The notes beneath the pieces were generated by a model. It was not told the DNA's origin. It saw only the letters and a program-made list of their open reading frames with translations, and made no database searches. 64,000 bases of DNA from an uncultured Streptococcus sp. (lineage in GTDB: Bacteria; Bacillota; Bacilli; Lactobacillales; Streptococcaceae), in contig NZ_CAUOLF010000003.1 of NCBI RefSeq assembly GCF_963456385.1, positions 51,515-115,514 on the forward strand, given 5' to 3'. A program made the position numbers and the translations under genes. This document shows, in pieces, positions 49,851 through 60,103 of the stretch (position 1 is its first letter; the number at the start of each line of letters is the position of its first letter).

Positions 49851-50510
49851 GTGGCTTTGAAAAATGATCGATTAGGTGCAAGTGTATTAAGTGCCCTTCT
49901 GATTTCGAACGTGGATGCAGGTTTGGCGGCTTCTTTGGAGCTTAAACCACATCACAGAAGCCTGGGAATTATCACTTCTGACTGTGATGATGTCACTTAT
50001 GTAGCCTTGGATGAAGCAACTAAGGCAGCAGATGTCGAAGTAGTCTATGCTCGCAGTATGTACGCTGGTGCAGGCAACGCTTCAACTAAGCTGGCTGGTG
50101 AAGTCATCGGTATCTTGGCTGGTCCAAACCCAGAAGAAGTTCGCAGCGGTTTGGATGTAGCAGTCTATGAAATCGAAAATGGGGCTAGCTTCTACAGTGC
50201 CAATGATGATGACAGCATTCCTTATTTTGCTCATTGTATCTCTCGTGCAGGTTCTTACCTGTCAGAGGGAGCTAATGCAGAAGAAGGAACAGCAATTGCT
50301 TACTTGATTGCTCCACCGGGTGAAGCTATGGTGGCACTGGATGCAGCTTTGAAAGCGGCAGATGTGCAAGTTGGAGCCTTCTATGGACCACCGAGCGAAA
50401 CCAACTTTGCCGGCGGACTTCTAGTCGGATCACAGTCAGCCTGCCGAGCTGCCTGCGACGCATTTGCGAATGCAGTTATCGCAGTAGCAAATGATCCTAA
50501 AAGTTATTGA
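49851..50510 (+). CDS. eutL: trimeric BMC shell protein
   Basis: DDVTYVALDEATK, YAGAGNAS.KLAGE, PPSETNF.G. Confidence 0.95.
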   Translation: MALKNDRLGASVLSALLISNVDAGLAASLELKPHHRSLGIITSDCDDVTYVALDEATKAADVEVVYARSMYAGAGNASTKLAGEVIGILAGPNPEEVRSGLDVAVYEIENGASFYSANDDDSIPYFAHCISRAGSYLSEGANAEEGTAIAYLIAPPGEAMVALDAALKAADVQVGAFYGPPSETNFAGGLLVGSQSACRAACDAFANAVIAVANDPKSY

Positions 50511-50525
50511 TTAGGGGTTGATTAA

Positions 50526-51089
50526 ATGGCAGATAGAGCACTAGGTTTAATTGAAGTAAAAGGTTATCTAGGTGCTGTAGTTGCGGCAGATGCGGCTTTG
50601 AAGGCTGCCAATGTATCATTGCTTAATATTGAAACGGTCAAAGCTGGTTTGAACACAGTTCAATTAATAGGCGATGTCAGTGCAGTCCGCTCAGCGGTTG
50701 ATGCGGCAGTTGAGTTGGTACAGGATAAACCTTACTATCTGGCCAGCCATGTAATTTCTAGGCTGGATAACCAGACAGACATTCTCTTTGTACCAAAGAG
50801 AAACAGTAAAACAGCTAAAAAAGAGATTGCTTCTACGGCGGAAACAATCCCTTCAGAAAAAATCGAAGAAAAGCCTCAGCCTGTAAAGGAAACTAAGGCT
50901 GAACCAGCAGAGAAGCTTGAAGGAGAGACAAGGACCTACACCAGAGAAGAACTGGAAAAACTAAAAGTCGTCGAACTACGCAGCCTTGCCTATCATCAAG
51001 AAGGTATCCGTCTCAGCAAGAAAGAAATCAAATTTGCCAACAAGAAACTTCTCGTTGAGACTTTGATGGAAACAATAGGAGAGGAGTAA
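50526..51089 (+). CDS. BMC-H shell protein with C-terminal extension (EutK-like)
   Basis: ALGLIEVKG..GAV.AADAALKAANV, GDVSAV; charged linker; small helical C-terminal domain. Confidence 0.85.
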   Translation: MADRALGLIEVKGYLGAVVAADAALKAANVSLLNIETVKAGLNTVQLIGDVSAVRSAVDAAVELVQDKPYYLASHVISRLDNQTDILFVPKRNSKTAKKEIASTAETIPSEKIEEKPQPVKETKAEPAEKLEGETRTYTREELEKLKVVELRSLAYHQEGIRLSKKEIKFANKKLLVETLMETIGEE

Positions 51090-51095
51090 TTGCGG

Positions 51096-52574
51096 ATGTT
51101 TTTAGAAGATAAAGATTTGGTATCAATTCAGGAAGTAAGGAATTTGATTCGAGATGCAAAGAAAGCCCAAGCAGAACTTGCTAAAATGAGCCAAGAGCAA
51201 ATTGATACCATTGTAAAAGTAGTAGCGAAAGCTTGTTATGATGAGCGTGAACGCCTAGCTAAAATGGCGGCTCAGGAAACTGGCTTTGGCCGCTGGGAAG
51301 ACAAAGTATTGAAAAATGCTCTTGCTTCCAAAGGTATTCTTGAAGAAATCAAGGATATGAAAACGGTTGGGGTTCTCAGCGAAGACAAGGAAAAGAAAGT
51401 CTTGGAAGTTGGCGTTCCAGTCGGTGTCATTGCTGGCTTGATTCCATCAACCAACCCGACCTCAACGGTTATGTATAAGGCTTTGATCGCTTTGAAGGCA
51501 GGAAACAGTATCGTCTTCTCTCCTCACCCAAATGCTCTTAAGTGTATTGAGGAAACTGTGGAAATCATCAAGAAAGCTGCTAAGTCAGCTGGATGTCCAG
51601 ATGGAGCCATCAGTGCGATTCATCGGGTATCCATCGCAGCTACAAATGAGTTGATGCGACACAAGGATACAAATTTGATTTTGGCGACTGGCGGAAATGC
51701 CATGGTCAAAGCAGCATACTCATCTGGTACACCAGCAATCGGTGTAGGTCCTGGTAACGGTCCAGCCTTCATCGAAAGAACAGCAGATGTGCCAAAAGCA
51801 GTTCGTCAGATTTTGGATTCTAAAACCTTTGACAATGGTGTGATTTGTGCGTCTGAGCAGTCTATCATCGTGGAAGAAGATATGAAGGAAAAGGTTGTAG
51901 CAGAGTTCAAGAAACAAGGTGCTTACTTTGTTCCAGCAGAAGATGCTAAGAAACTAGGCTCCTTCATTATCCAGCCGAGTGGTGCGATGAATCCGAAAAT
52001 GGTTGGTAAAACACCGCAAGTGATTGCTGAGTTAGCTGGTATTTCAGTTCCAGCTGATGCTCGGGTCTTGATTGCAGAAGAAACAGGCGTCGGCAAGCAG
52101 TATCCATATTCTATGGAAAAACTGGCTCCAGTCTTAGGTTTCTACACTGTCAAGGACTGGTTGGAAGCTTGTGAGCTGAGTATTAAGATCTTGCATCATG
52201 AAGGTGCAGGCCACACTCTTGCTATCCACAGTCAAAACGAAGAAATTATTCGTGAATTTGCACTGAAAAAACCAGTATCTCGTCTGCTGATCAATACGCC
52301 AGCAGCTCTGGGTGGTGTCGGTGCAACGACTGGCCTCTTCCCAGCCTTTACTTTGGGTTGTGGAGCAGTGGGTGGCAGCGCGACATCTGATAATGTCAGC
52401 CCGCTCAATCTCTTCAATATCCGTCGTGTAGCTTACGGTACATCAGAACTGTCAGACCTGCGACAAGCAGAAAATATGGCAGTGGAAGAACCAAAAGCAG
52501 CAGCAGTTGACGGATCAAACGAAGAAGAACTGGTAACCTTGTTGGTTCAACGTGTATTGGAAAAACTAAAATAG
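51096..52574 (+). CDS. eutE: acylating acetaldehyde dehydrogenase
   Basis: [41 protein letters not shown]. Confidence 0.93.
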   Translation: MFLEDKDLVSIQEVRNLIRDAKKAQAELAKMSQEQIDTIVKVVAKACYDERERLAKMAAQETGFGRWEDKVLKNALASKGILEEIKDMKTVGVLSEDKEKKVLEVGVPVGVIAGLIPSTNPTSTVMYKALIALKAGNSIVFSPHPNALKCIEETVEIIKKAAKSAGCPDGAISAIHRVSIAATNELMRHKDTNLILATGGNAMVKAAYSSGTPAIGVGPGNGPAFIERTADVPKAVRQILDSKTFDNGVICASEQSIIVEEDMKEKVVAEFKKQGAYFVPAEDAKKLGSFIIQPSGAMNPKMVGKTPQVIAELAGISVPADARVLIAEETGVGKQYPYSMEKLAPVLGFYTVKDWLEACELSIKILHHEGAGHTLAIHSQNEEIIREFALKKPVSRLLINTPAALGGVGATTGLFPAFTLGCGAVGGSATSDNVSPLNLFNIRRVAYGTSELSDLRQAENMAVEEPKAAAVDGSNEEELVTLLVQRVLEKLK

Positions 52575-52606
52575 TCAATATTAAATATTATAATTGGAGG
52601 ATACAA

Positions 52607-53215
52607 TCATGGCAAACGCAAATGCATTAGGAATGGTAGAAACAAAAGGACTCGTTGGCGCAATCGAAGCAGCTGATGCAATGGTCAAAGCCGCTAACGT
52701 AACTTTAGTTGGTAAAGAACAAGTCGGCGCTGGATTGGTAACAGTCTTGGTTCGTGGTGATGTCGGTGCAGTCAAAGCAGCGACAGATGCTGGAGCAGCT
52801 GCAGCTGAAAACGTTGGTGAATTGATTTCAGTTCACGTAATCCCACGTCCACACGCAGAAGTAGAAGTAATCTTGCCTCATCAAGAATAAGATTACAGAC
52901 TTTCGGATAAAATTAAAAACAAGAGAATAATCGGAGGAAATAAACATGGCAAACGCAAATGCATTAGGAATGGTAGAAACAAAAGGACTCGTTGGCGCAA
53001 TCGAAGCAGCTGATGCAATGGTCAAAGCCGCTAACGTAACTTTGATTGGTAAAGAACAAGTCGGTGCTGGATTGGTAACTGTAATGGTTCGTGGTGATGT
53101 GGGCGCAGTCAAAGCAGCGACAGATGCTGGAGCAGCTGCAGCTGAAAATGTTGGTGAATTGATTTCAGTTCACGTAATTCCACGTCCACATGCTGAAGTG
53201 GAAGTTATTCTTCCC
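52607..53215 (+). repeat. tandem direct duplication of the eutM coding sequence
   Basis: 52609-52875 and 52946-53212 are nearly identical at DNA level. Confidence 0.9.
52609..52890 (+). CDS. eutM: BMC-H shell protein (EutM/PduA-like), copy 1
   Basis: [26 protein letters not shown]...GDVGAVKAA...HVIPRPH. Confidence 0.93.
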   Translation: MANANALGMVETKGLVGAIEAADAMVKAANVTLVGKEQVGAGLVTVLVRGDVGAVKAATDAGAAAAENVGELISVHVIPRPHAEVEVILPHQE

Positions 53216-53221
53216 AAATAA
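52946..53221 (+). CDS. eutM: BMC-H shell protein (EutM/PduA-like), copy 2
   Basis: Near-identical to copy 1. Confidence 0.93.
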   Translation: MANANALGMVETKGLVGAIEAADAMVKAANVTLIGKEQVGAGLVTVMVRGDVGAVKAATDAGAAAAENVGELISVHVIPRPHAEVEVILPK

Positions 53222-53417
53222 TTTGGGACAGATAAATATTTGCTGAAAGGGCCTGTATTGTAGCGTTTAGGCCTGATACAGGCCCTGAGGTAAATAGAAT
53301 ACTCAGTGAAAATGAAGCTTATGAGCAGTAGCTCTATACGTAAACGAAAATGTTGATTTTCGGAGAGTATCAGATTGATTTTCACAGAGTATCAACGGAG
53401 TAGAAGGATGTGAATAC

Positions 53418-54059
53418 ATGTCAGTTTTTACAGAAGCTAAGATCAGAAAGCTTTATAGAGAATCCGTTCTCGCTGATAACGGTGTCTTTGAATTAAACAA
53501 AGATGAAAAACTGACGCCAGCAGCCAGAGGTTTTCTCAATGATCACCATATTCGAATCATTTCTTCAGGTCAGACCAAAGGGAAAACAGCTTCAGCTGCT
53601 GATGCTATCAGGGTGCCGATTACAAACCTTGAGGACTCTGCTGTGTATCCACGACTATTTAGACTGACTAAACTTTATACTTGCTTTTTGAAGAACCAGA
53701 GAGAATTGCATCAAGCTTTTCAGGATGAAAAGTGTGAGCAAGTTGGCCAACTATTGAACATAGTAGAACAAATCGTTGGTCAGCATATTCTGGATGATAT
53801 TTCTGATTACCAGACAGACCTGCCTAGCAATGCAGAATTGCAGGCCATTCGGGTCAGTCGGCAGTTAGATCAAGAAACGGTTATGATGAGTTATCAGGAG
53901 CCGACTTGGCAGCTGAATTGCTATGAAACATATATCGAAACGACCCTCCTGCGCAAAGAATTGGAGCAGGCTGCTGATGGTGACAGAGATCAATTTGCTT
54001 GTAAGGTTTCTCAATTATTAAAATCAATTGAAGTCTTGCTCTGGTTGATAGCAAGCTAA
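53418..54059 (+). CDS. EutT-like protein (divergent)
   Basis: N-terminus VFTEA.IR...LTPAARGFL.DH.I resembles EutT; occupies the usual eutT position. Confidence 0.6.
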   Translation: MSVFTEAKIRKLYRESVLADNGVFELNKDEKLTPAARGFLNDHHIRIISSGQTKGKTASAADAIRVPITNLEDSAVYPRLFRLTKLYTCFLKNQRELHQAFQDEKCEQVGQLLNIVEQIVGQHILDDISDYQTDLPSNAELQAIRVSRQLDQETVMMSYQEPTWQLNCYETYIETTLLRKELEQAADGDRDQFACKVSQLLKSIEVLLWLIAS

Positions 54060-54082
54060 TAACAAGAGAAAGAAGAACAGCA

Positions 54083-54709
54083 ATGACTTTAGAAAATTTG
54101 GTAAATAAAGTAATTGATAAAGTTCAGGAAGAATTGCAGGGGTCATTTGAGGTAGAGGCGAGCGGACGTCATGTCCATTTGAGTCAGGAAGATTTGGAAG
54201 CCTTGTTTGGTCCCAACTATCAATTAACAAAAGCAAAAGACCTATCACAGCCAGGCCAGTTCGCTAGTCAAGAAAGGCTGACAGTTGTCGGTCCAAAAGG
54301 CGCTTTTCACAATGTGGTTATTCTGGGGCCTGTTCGCAAACATTCTCAGGTAGAAGTTTCCCTGACCGATTGTTTGCAGCTGGGCACCAAGGCTCCCATT
54401 CGCGAAAGTGGCGATATCGAAGGAACACCGGGTGTCATCTTGGCTCATGGGGACAAGGCAGTTTGTCTGGATAAGGGCCTGATTGTAGCTAAGCGTCATG
54501 TTCATATGACACCGGAAGATGCCGAACGTCTGAATGTAAAAAATCACGAGATTGTACAAGTCAGAGTAGAAGGTGCTCGTCCGCTGATTTTTGACGATGT
54601 GGTTATCCGTGTTAGTCCCAAGTTTGCGACTTATATGCATATTGACTACGATGAAGCCAATGCTTGTGGTTTCAAAAAAGGAACACGCGGACGGATTATT
54701 AAAAAATAA
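54083..54709 (+). CDS. pduL: PduL-type phosphotransacylase
   Basis: EASGRHVHLS, LSQPGQFA, ILGPVR..SQVEVS.TD, IVAKRHVHM, MHIDYDEANA. Confidence 0.95.
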   Translation: MTLENLVNKVIDKVQEELQGSFEVEASGRHVHLSQEDLEALFGPNYQLTKAKDLSQPGQFASQERLTVVGPKGAFHNVVILGPVRKHSQVEVSLTDCLQLGTKAPIRESGDIEGTPGVILAHGDKAVCLDKGLIVAKRHVHMTPEDAERLNVKNHEIVQVRVEGARPLIFDDVVIRVSPKFATYMHIDYDEANACGFKKGTRGRIIKK

Positions 54710-54740
54710 GTCCTATGAGCAAATAAAAGGTAGGTAAAGA

Positions 54741-55388
54741 ATGGAAAATCTAGATCATTTGGTAGATTTGATTACAGACCGCCTGATGGAAAAGTTGAAG
54801 AAAAAGCCTCAGAAACCCTCAGTATACGTCATTGGAGGCGATAAGATTCCTGACTTATTAGAAGGGGAAGGCTTTCAAGTCGTAAAAGATTCTTGCACAG
54901 CAGAGATTGTTGTTGTTGAGTCGCTTGGTTTTGATGCTTTTCTAAGACTCTCATCCCTTTGCCCTTTAGCGGTGGAGGAAGCAGTCATTTTAAAGAGTCT
55001 TTTGAAAGGCAAAAAAGTTCTAGTGTCAGACAGCGCCTTTGCTATTCAGCAGTACAAGCAATCTTCTAAAGTGTACTTGTATCAGGAACTGCAGGGACAG
55101 CGAGAAAAGCTGATTCGCTACGGTCTGCAATTTTATAAAGAAGGCCAACTCTTAGCACTCCTAGAAAGCGATCAGGCTGAAGAGCCTCGCCCGGAAGTGA
55201 AACGGGCGGTGGCAGAAGAAGTCAGCCAGAAGACTAAGGCTCCGAGCAAGCCGGTTTTGCTTACAGAGAAGAGGCTGAGAGAAATGGGCTTACCTGAAAA
55301 TGGAAACTTTAAAATAGAAAAAGGAATGATTGTGACAGCCTTGGCGAGAGATTATCTAAAACGTCAAAAAATAGAAATCATAGAATAA
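54741..55388 (+). CDS. microcompartment-associated protein of unknown function
   Basis: N-terminal amphipathic encapsulation-like helix; C-terminal LLTE...IVTALARDYL motif. Confidence 0.75.
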   Translation: MENLDHLVDLITDRLMEKLKKKPQKPSVYVIGGDKIPDLLEGEGFQVVKDSCTAEIVVVESLGFDAFLRLSSLCPLAVEEAVILKSLLKGKKVLVSDSAFAIQQYKQSSKVYLYQELQGQREKLIRYGLQFYKEGQLLALLESDQAEEPRPEVKRAVAEEVSQKTKAPSKPVLLTEKRLREMGLPENGNFKIEKGMIVTALARDYLKRQKIEIIE

Positions 55389-55402
55389 AGGAGTGGGTAG
55401 AG

Positions 55403-55684
55403 ATGTTTGTTGGTAAAGTAAAAGGAAGCCTTTGGGCGACTAGAAAAGACGAAAATTTAAATGGTTTGAAATTTTTAGTGGTCGAACGGCAGCTAAATGA
55501 ACATCAAAGTGACCCAGCTCTGCTTATTGTGGCCGACTGCATCGGTGCAGGCGAAGGAGACCAAGTAATGGTAACCACTGGCAGTTCTGCCCGGATGAGC
55601 CTAAATAAGACGAATATCCCTGTGGATATGGTCGTTGTGGCTATCATTGACAAGGTTGACTATCACAGTGATGAAGAATATTAG
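55403..55684 (+). CDS. eutN: BMC vertex pentamer
   Basis: GKV.GSLWATRK, VAD.IGAG.G..V.V..GSSAR, PVD..VVAIID. Confidence 0.95.
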   Translation: MFVGKVKGSLWATRKDENLNGLKFLVVERQLNEHQSDPALLIVADCIGAGEGDQVMVTTGSSARMSLNKTNIPVDMVVVAIIDKVDYHSDEEY

Positions 55685-55700
55685 AAACTAAGGTAATGTT

Positions 55701-56795
55701 ATGAGTATCAATGAAATTATCATTTATATCATGGTTCTATTCATGCTGATCGGTGCAGTGGATAAATGTATCGGTGGCAAACTAGGACTAAGTGAAAAAT
55801 TTGAAGAAGGTATCATGGCTATGGGAGCTTTGGCTCTGTCTATGGCTGGGATTATGGTAATCGCTCCCCTCTTGGCGGATGTCTTGAAACCGATTGTCGT
55901 GCCTTTGTATGGCTTGGTGGGGGCTGACCCGTCTATCTTTGCGACAACCTTCATTGCCAATGATATGGGAGGAGCTCCTCTGGCTCTCAGTCTGGCTCAG
56001 GATCCAGCAGTAGGAAATTTCGCTGCCTTTGTACTGGGCTCTATGATGGGGCCAACCATCGTCTTTACGATTCCAGTTGCCTTGGGTATTATTGAAAAAG
56101 ATGACCGTCCGCTTTTGGCTCGCGGAATCCTATACGGTTTGGTAACTGTTCCGATTGGCTGTCTCCTCGGAGGAATTTTCGTGCCAGGTCTGCCTTTTGG
56201 AACCTTGGTTGTCAATCTTATCCCGATTATCATTGTATCTGCTCTGATTTTCATAGGATTGCTTTTGGCACCTAATGCCATGATTAAAGGTTTTGAAGTG
56301 TTTGGTCAGATTATTGTTATCTTGGCAACGCTTGGTTTGGCTTTTGGTGCAGCGCAGCTTCTGACTGGAAATGAATGGCTCATCAGCATCTATCCAAAAG
56401 GTGCTGAGACACTGAAAGAAGCCTTTGAAGTTGTCGGAACGATTGCCGTAACCTTGGCTGGAGCCTTTGGTTTGGTAGCTGTCTTTACCAAGGTAGCCAA
56501 CAAACCGCTTTCTGCTATCGGAAAATCCCTAGGAATGAACGAAGTTGGTGCAGCTGGTTTGGTAGCTTCTCTGGCTAATAACATTGCCATGTTCCAAATG
56601 ATGAAGGATATGGACAAACGCGGTAAGATTATCAACGTAGCCTTTGCCGTATCTGCTTCCTTTGTTATCGGAGATCACCTAGGCTTCACAGCTGGTCAAA
56701 AACCGGAAATGATTGTGCCGATGATGATTGGTAAATTTGTCGGCGGTATCACAGCGGTATTACTGGCTTTCTTCTTAACGAAGAAGGAAGCTTAG
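55701..56795 (+). CDS. eutH: ethanolamine transporter
   Basis: FEEGI.AMG.LALSM.G, ANDMGG, SMMGPTIVFTIPVALG, GDHLGF. Confidence 0.95.
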   Translation: MSINEIIIYIMVLFMLIGAVDKCIGGKLGLSEKFEEGIMAMGALALSMAGIMVIAPLLADVLKPIVVPLYGLVGADPSIFATTFIANDMGGAPLALSLAQDPAVGNFAAFVLGSMMGPTIVFTIPVALGIIEKDDRPLLARGILYGLVTVPIGCLLGGIFVPGLPFGTLVVNLIPIIIVSALIFIGLLLAPNAMIKGFEVFGQIIVILATLGLAFGAAQLLTGNEWLISIYPKGAETLKEAFEVVGTIAVTLAGAFGLVAVFTKVANKPLSAIGKSLGMNEVGAAGLVASLANNIAMFQMMKDMDKRGKIINVAFAVSASFVIGDHLGFTAGQKPEMIVPMMIGKFVGGITAVLLAFFLTKKEA

Positions 56796-56812
56796 ACTTG
56801 GAGGTATGAAGT

Positions 56813-57262
56813 ATGGCAGATATTAATCGTTCTGACCTAGAAACATTGGTTCGTAAGATTCTATTGGAAGAATTAGCTACTAAAGATGGTGGGAAAAAAG
56901 TCAGCAAGGCAGGCGTAGCTTCTATCGCCCTGCCTGGTCTGGATGTTCGTCCAGAAGATCGCTTGGATACAGGTGATTCGAGCCATCAAGTTTATACACG
57001 AGACTTGCTGACCTTAGATGAGAGTCCAAGATTGGGCTTGGGGCTGATGACTATGGAAAAGACAACTTTCCCTTGGCATCTGGACTATGATGAAGTGGAC
57101 TATGTTATTGAAGGGCGTCTTGATATTATCGTTGGTGACGAAGTCATGACAGCTGGCCCTGGTGAAGTACTCTTCATCCCTAAAGGCAGTGACATTCAGT
57201 TCTCTGTCAGAGATAAGGCCCGCTTTATCTATGTGACCTATCCAGCTGACTGGCAAGGCTAG
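56813..57262 (+). CDS. eutQ: cupin protein EutQ
   Basis: ESPRLG.G.M, FPW.LDYDEVDYVIEG, FIPKGS, YVTYPADW. Confidence 0.95.
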   Translation: MADINRSDLETLVRKILLEELATKDGGKKVSKAGVASIALPGLDVRPEDRLDTGDSSHQVYTRDLLTLDESPRLGLGLMTMEKTTFPWHLDYDEVDYVIEGRLDIIVGDEVMTAGPGEVLFIPKGSDIQFSVRDKARFIYVTYPADWQG

Positions 57263-57662
57263 TTTGTTGGAAGATTCAACTATCAGATTTACTAGAATGG
57301 CAGGACAGCGGCCTGCTGTCCTGCCATTCTGTAATGATGGAAAATAAAAAAAACAGATAAAAGATGAGCAACCCTGCGAAAAGTTTATCATCTGTTATCT
57401 GCCTCTGCGATTGTTATTTCTGAAGGGAAAGGCCTGTCAAGTATATTTCTTGTAGGCTTAGCTTGGCATTCCTAAAAAAGTTGGTTAGGCTTTTTTGGAG
57501 AACGCGGAAAAATCTTCCTTTTTAAAAAACAACCATATTCATTCTAACAGAAAACCTTAGAATAATCTATTCTTTTGACCCAAAAAAAGTTTAAAAAAAG
57601 GAATCAGAAAGAGGCGTATAGCTATGGTGCACCTCTTATCTGATTTCCTTATTCCCTAAAAT

Positions 57663-57676
57663 TGTAAGCGCTTCAA
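57663..57676 (+). promoter_or_regulatory. cre (CcpA) site upstream of pduB
   Basis: TGTAAGCGCTTCAA. Confidence 0.75.
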
Positions 57677-57704
57677 AATATATGTCAGCGAAAGGAGCTG
57701 TCTT

Positions 57705-58409
57705 ATGGAAAACAAATGCAATATTACAGAATTTGTCGGTGTTAATCCGATAGGCGATACAATTGGACTTGTCATTGCCAATGTGGACCAGCAGGTGCTG
57801 GATGCTATGAAGCTAGAAAAGAGCTATCGCTCAATCGGTGTGGTCGGTGCTCGTACCGGTGCAGGTCCTCATATCATGGCTGCTGATGAAGCGGTCAAAG
57901 CAACCAATACAGAAATTGTTAAAATCGAACTGCCTCGTGATACTAAGGGTGGTGCTGGACACGGAAGTTTGATTATCTTTGGTGGCGAAGATGTATCAGA
58001 TGTCAGACGAGCTGTAGAAGTAACCTTGAAGGAAGTAGATCGAACCTTCGGCGATGTTTATGCTAATGATGCAGGGCATATTGAACTCCAGTATACTGCG
58101 CGTGCTAGCTATGCTTGTCAGACTGCCTTTGGTGCTGAATACGGTCGTGCCTTTGGCTTGATTGTCGGAGCACCTGCAGCCATTGGTGTTGTTATGGCGG
58201 ATACAGCTGTTAAGGCTGCAAACGTTACTGTTGTAGGCTATGCTTCTCCAGGAAATGGTGGCACCAGCCACTCAAATGAAGCTATCCTCTTTATCAGTGG
58301 GGATTCTGGAGCAGTTAGACAATCAGTTATCTCAGCGCGTGAAGTTGGACTGGCACTTTTAGGCAGTATGGGTGACGAGCCAACCAACTCACAGCCATCT
58401 TACATTTAA
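57705..58409 (+). CDS. pduB: trimeric BMC shell protein PduB (short PduB'-like form)
   Basis: C.ITEFVG, GDTIGLVIANVD, ARTGAGPHIMAADEAVKATNTE, LPRDTKGGAGHG. Confidence 0.95.
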   Translation: MENKCNITEFVGVNPIGDTIGLVIANVDQQVLDAMKLEKSYRSIGVVGARTGAGPHIMAADEAVKATNTEIVKIELPRDTKGGAGHGSLIIFGGEDVSDVRRAVEVTLKEVDRTFGDVYANDAGHIELQYTARASYACQTAFGAEYGRAFGLIVGAPAAIGVVMADTAVKAANVTVVGYASPGNGGTSHSNEAILFISGDSGAVRQSVISAREVGLALLGSMGDEPTNSQPSYI

Positions 58410-58430
58410 GAGTGAGAGGGAGGAAACGGT

Positions 58431-60092
58431 ATGAGATCCAAACGTTTTGAAGTATTAAGCGAACGCCCTATCAACCAAGATGGATTTGTAAAAGAATGGG
58501 TTGAAGAAGGTTTGGTAGCTATGGAAAGCCCCAATGACCCTAAACCCAGTATCAAGATTCAAAATGGGAAAGTGGTTGAGTTAGACGGCAAACCAAAAGA
58601 AGAATTTGACCTGATTGACCAGTTCATTGCCAACTATGGGATTGACCTGAGCCGAGCTGAAGAAGTTATTCAGATGGACTCAAGAGAGATTGCCAATAAA
58701 ATATTGACACCGAATGTACCTCGGACAGAAATCATCAAGCTGACCAAGGCCATGACTCCGGCTAAAATCATTGAAGTGGTCAATCAGATGAATGTCGTGG
58801 AAATCATGATGTGTCTGCAAAAGATGCGGACCCGTAAGCAAACAGCTACTCAAGCCCACGTCACTAATGTTAATGATAATCCAGTGCAGATTGCAGCAGA
58901 TGCGGCTGAAGGAGCTCTGCGTGGTTTTGCAGAGCAGGAAACAACGGTTGCCGTAGTGCGTTACGCTCCTTTCAATGCCCTGTCTCTGATGATTGGCTCA
59001 CAAGTGGGCCGTCCTGGGGTGCTGACTCAGTGCTCCTTGGAAGAAGCGACAGAACTAGAATTTGGTATGCGTGGCTTTACGGCCTATGCTGAGACCATCT
59101 CTGTTTATGGTACAGAAGATGTCTTCACCGATGGAGATGATACACCTTGGTCCAAGGCCTTTCTGGCTTCAGCCTATGCCTCTCGTGGACTTAAGATGCG
59201 CTTCACTTCTGGTACAGGGTCTGAAGTGCAAATGGGACAAGCCGAAGGCAAGTCCATGCTCTATCTGGAAGCTCGCTGTCTCTATGTAACAAAAGCAGCT
59301 GGGGTTCAAGGAACTCAGAATGGATCAGTAAGCTGTATCGGTATTCCAGCAGCTGTTCCAAGTGGTATTCGAGCAGTCGTTGCTGAAAACTTGATTGCCA
59401 GCATGCTTGATTTGGAATGTGCTTCATCAAATGACCAAACCTTTACTCACTCAGACTTACGTCGCTCTGTTCGGACTTTGATGCAGTTTGCGCCAGGTAC
59501 AGACTTTATCAACTCTGGCTACTCTGCTACACCAAACTATGACAATATGTTTGCCGGATCTAACTGGGATGCGGAAGACTTTGACGACTACAATGTCTTG
59601 CAACGTGACCTGCGGGTAGACGGTGGTCTTCGTCCTGTACGTGAAGAGGAAGTTGTGAAGGTTCGGAACAAGGCAGCACGCGTTATGCAAGCTCTTTTCA
59701 AAGGCTTGGGCCTGCCGCCGATTACCGACGAAGAAGTCGAAGCAGCTACCTATGCTCATGGCTCTAAAGATATGCCAGAGCGGGATAAGGTTGAAGACAT
59801 CAAGGCTGCTCAAGGTATTCTGGAACGCGGAGTTCAAGGGGCTGATTTGATAAAAGCCTTGGCTAATAATGGCTTCCCTGAAGTTGCCAATGAGCTGCTC
59901 AATTTGTTCAAGCAACGTGTAGCAGGGGATTTCCTGCAAACATCTGCTATCTTTGATCGAGATTGGAATGTTATTTCAGCGGTGAATTCACCGAATGACT
60001 ATGTTGGTGTCGGTACAGGCCATCGTCTGGTCGGCGAAGAATGGGAAAAAGTCAAAGACATTCCTAAAGCGATTGACCCGCGTGATGTATAG
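58431..60092 (+). CDS. pduC: B12-dependent diol dehydratase large subunit
   Basis: [45 protein letters not shown]. Confidence 0.98.
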   Translation: MRSKRFEVLSERPINQDGFVKEWVEEGLVAMESPNDPKPSIKIQNGKVVELDGKPKEEFDLIDQFIANYGIDLSRAEEVIQMDSREIANKILTPNVPRTEIIKLTKAMTPAKIIEVVNQMNVVEIMMCLQKMRTRKQTATQAHVTNVNDNPVQIAADAAEGALRGFAEQETTVAVVRYAPFNALSLMIGSQVGRPGVLTQCSLEEATELEFGMRGFTAYAETISVYGTEDVFTDGDDTPWSKAFLASAYASRGLKMRFTSGTGSEVQMGQAEGKSMLYLEARCLYVTKAAGVQGTQNGSVSCIGIPAAVPSGIRAVVAENLIASMLDLECASSNDQTFTHSDLRRSVRTLMQFAPGTDFINSGYSATPNYDNMFAGSNWDAEDFDDYNVLQRDLRVDGGLRPVREEEVVKVRNKAARVMQALFKGLGLPPITDEEVEAATYAHGSKDMPERDKVEDIKAAQGILERGVQGADLIKALANNGFPEVANELLNLFKQRVAGDFLQTSAIFDRDWNVISAVNSPNDYVGVGTGHRLVGEEWEKVKDIPKAIDPRDV

Positions 60093-60103
60093 GAGGAGCT
60101 AAG

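Noticed and set aside
57410..57440. Minus-strand TTGACA suggesting an antisense promoter into eutQ
   Set aside because: No acceptable -10 at 16-18 bp spacing.
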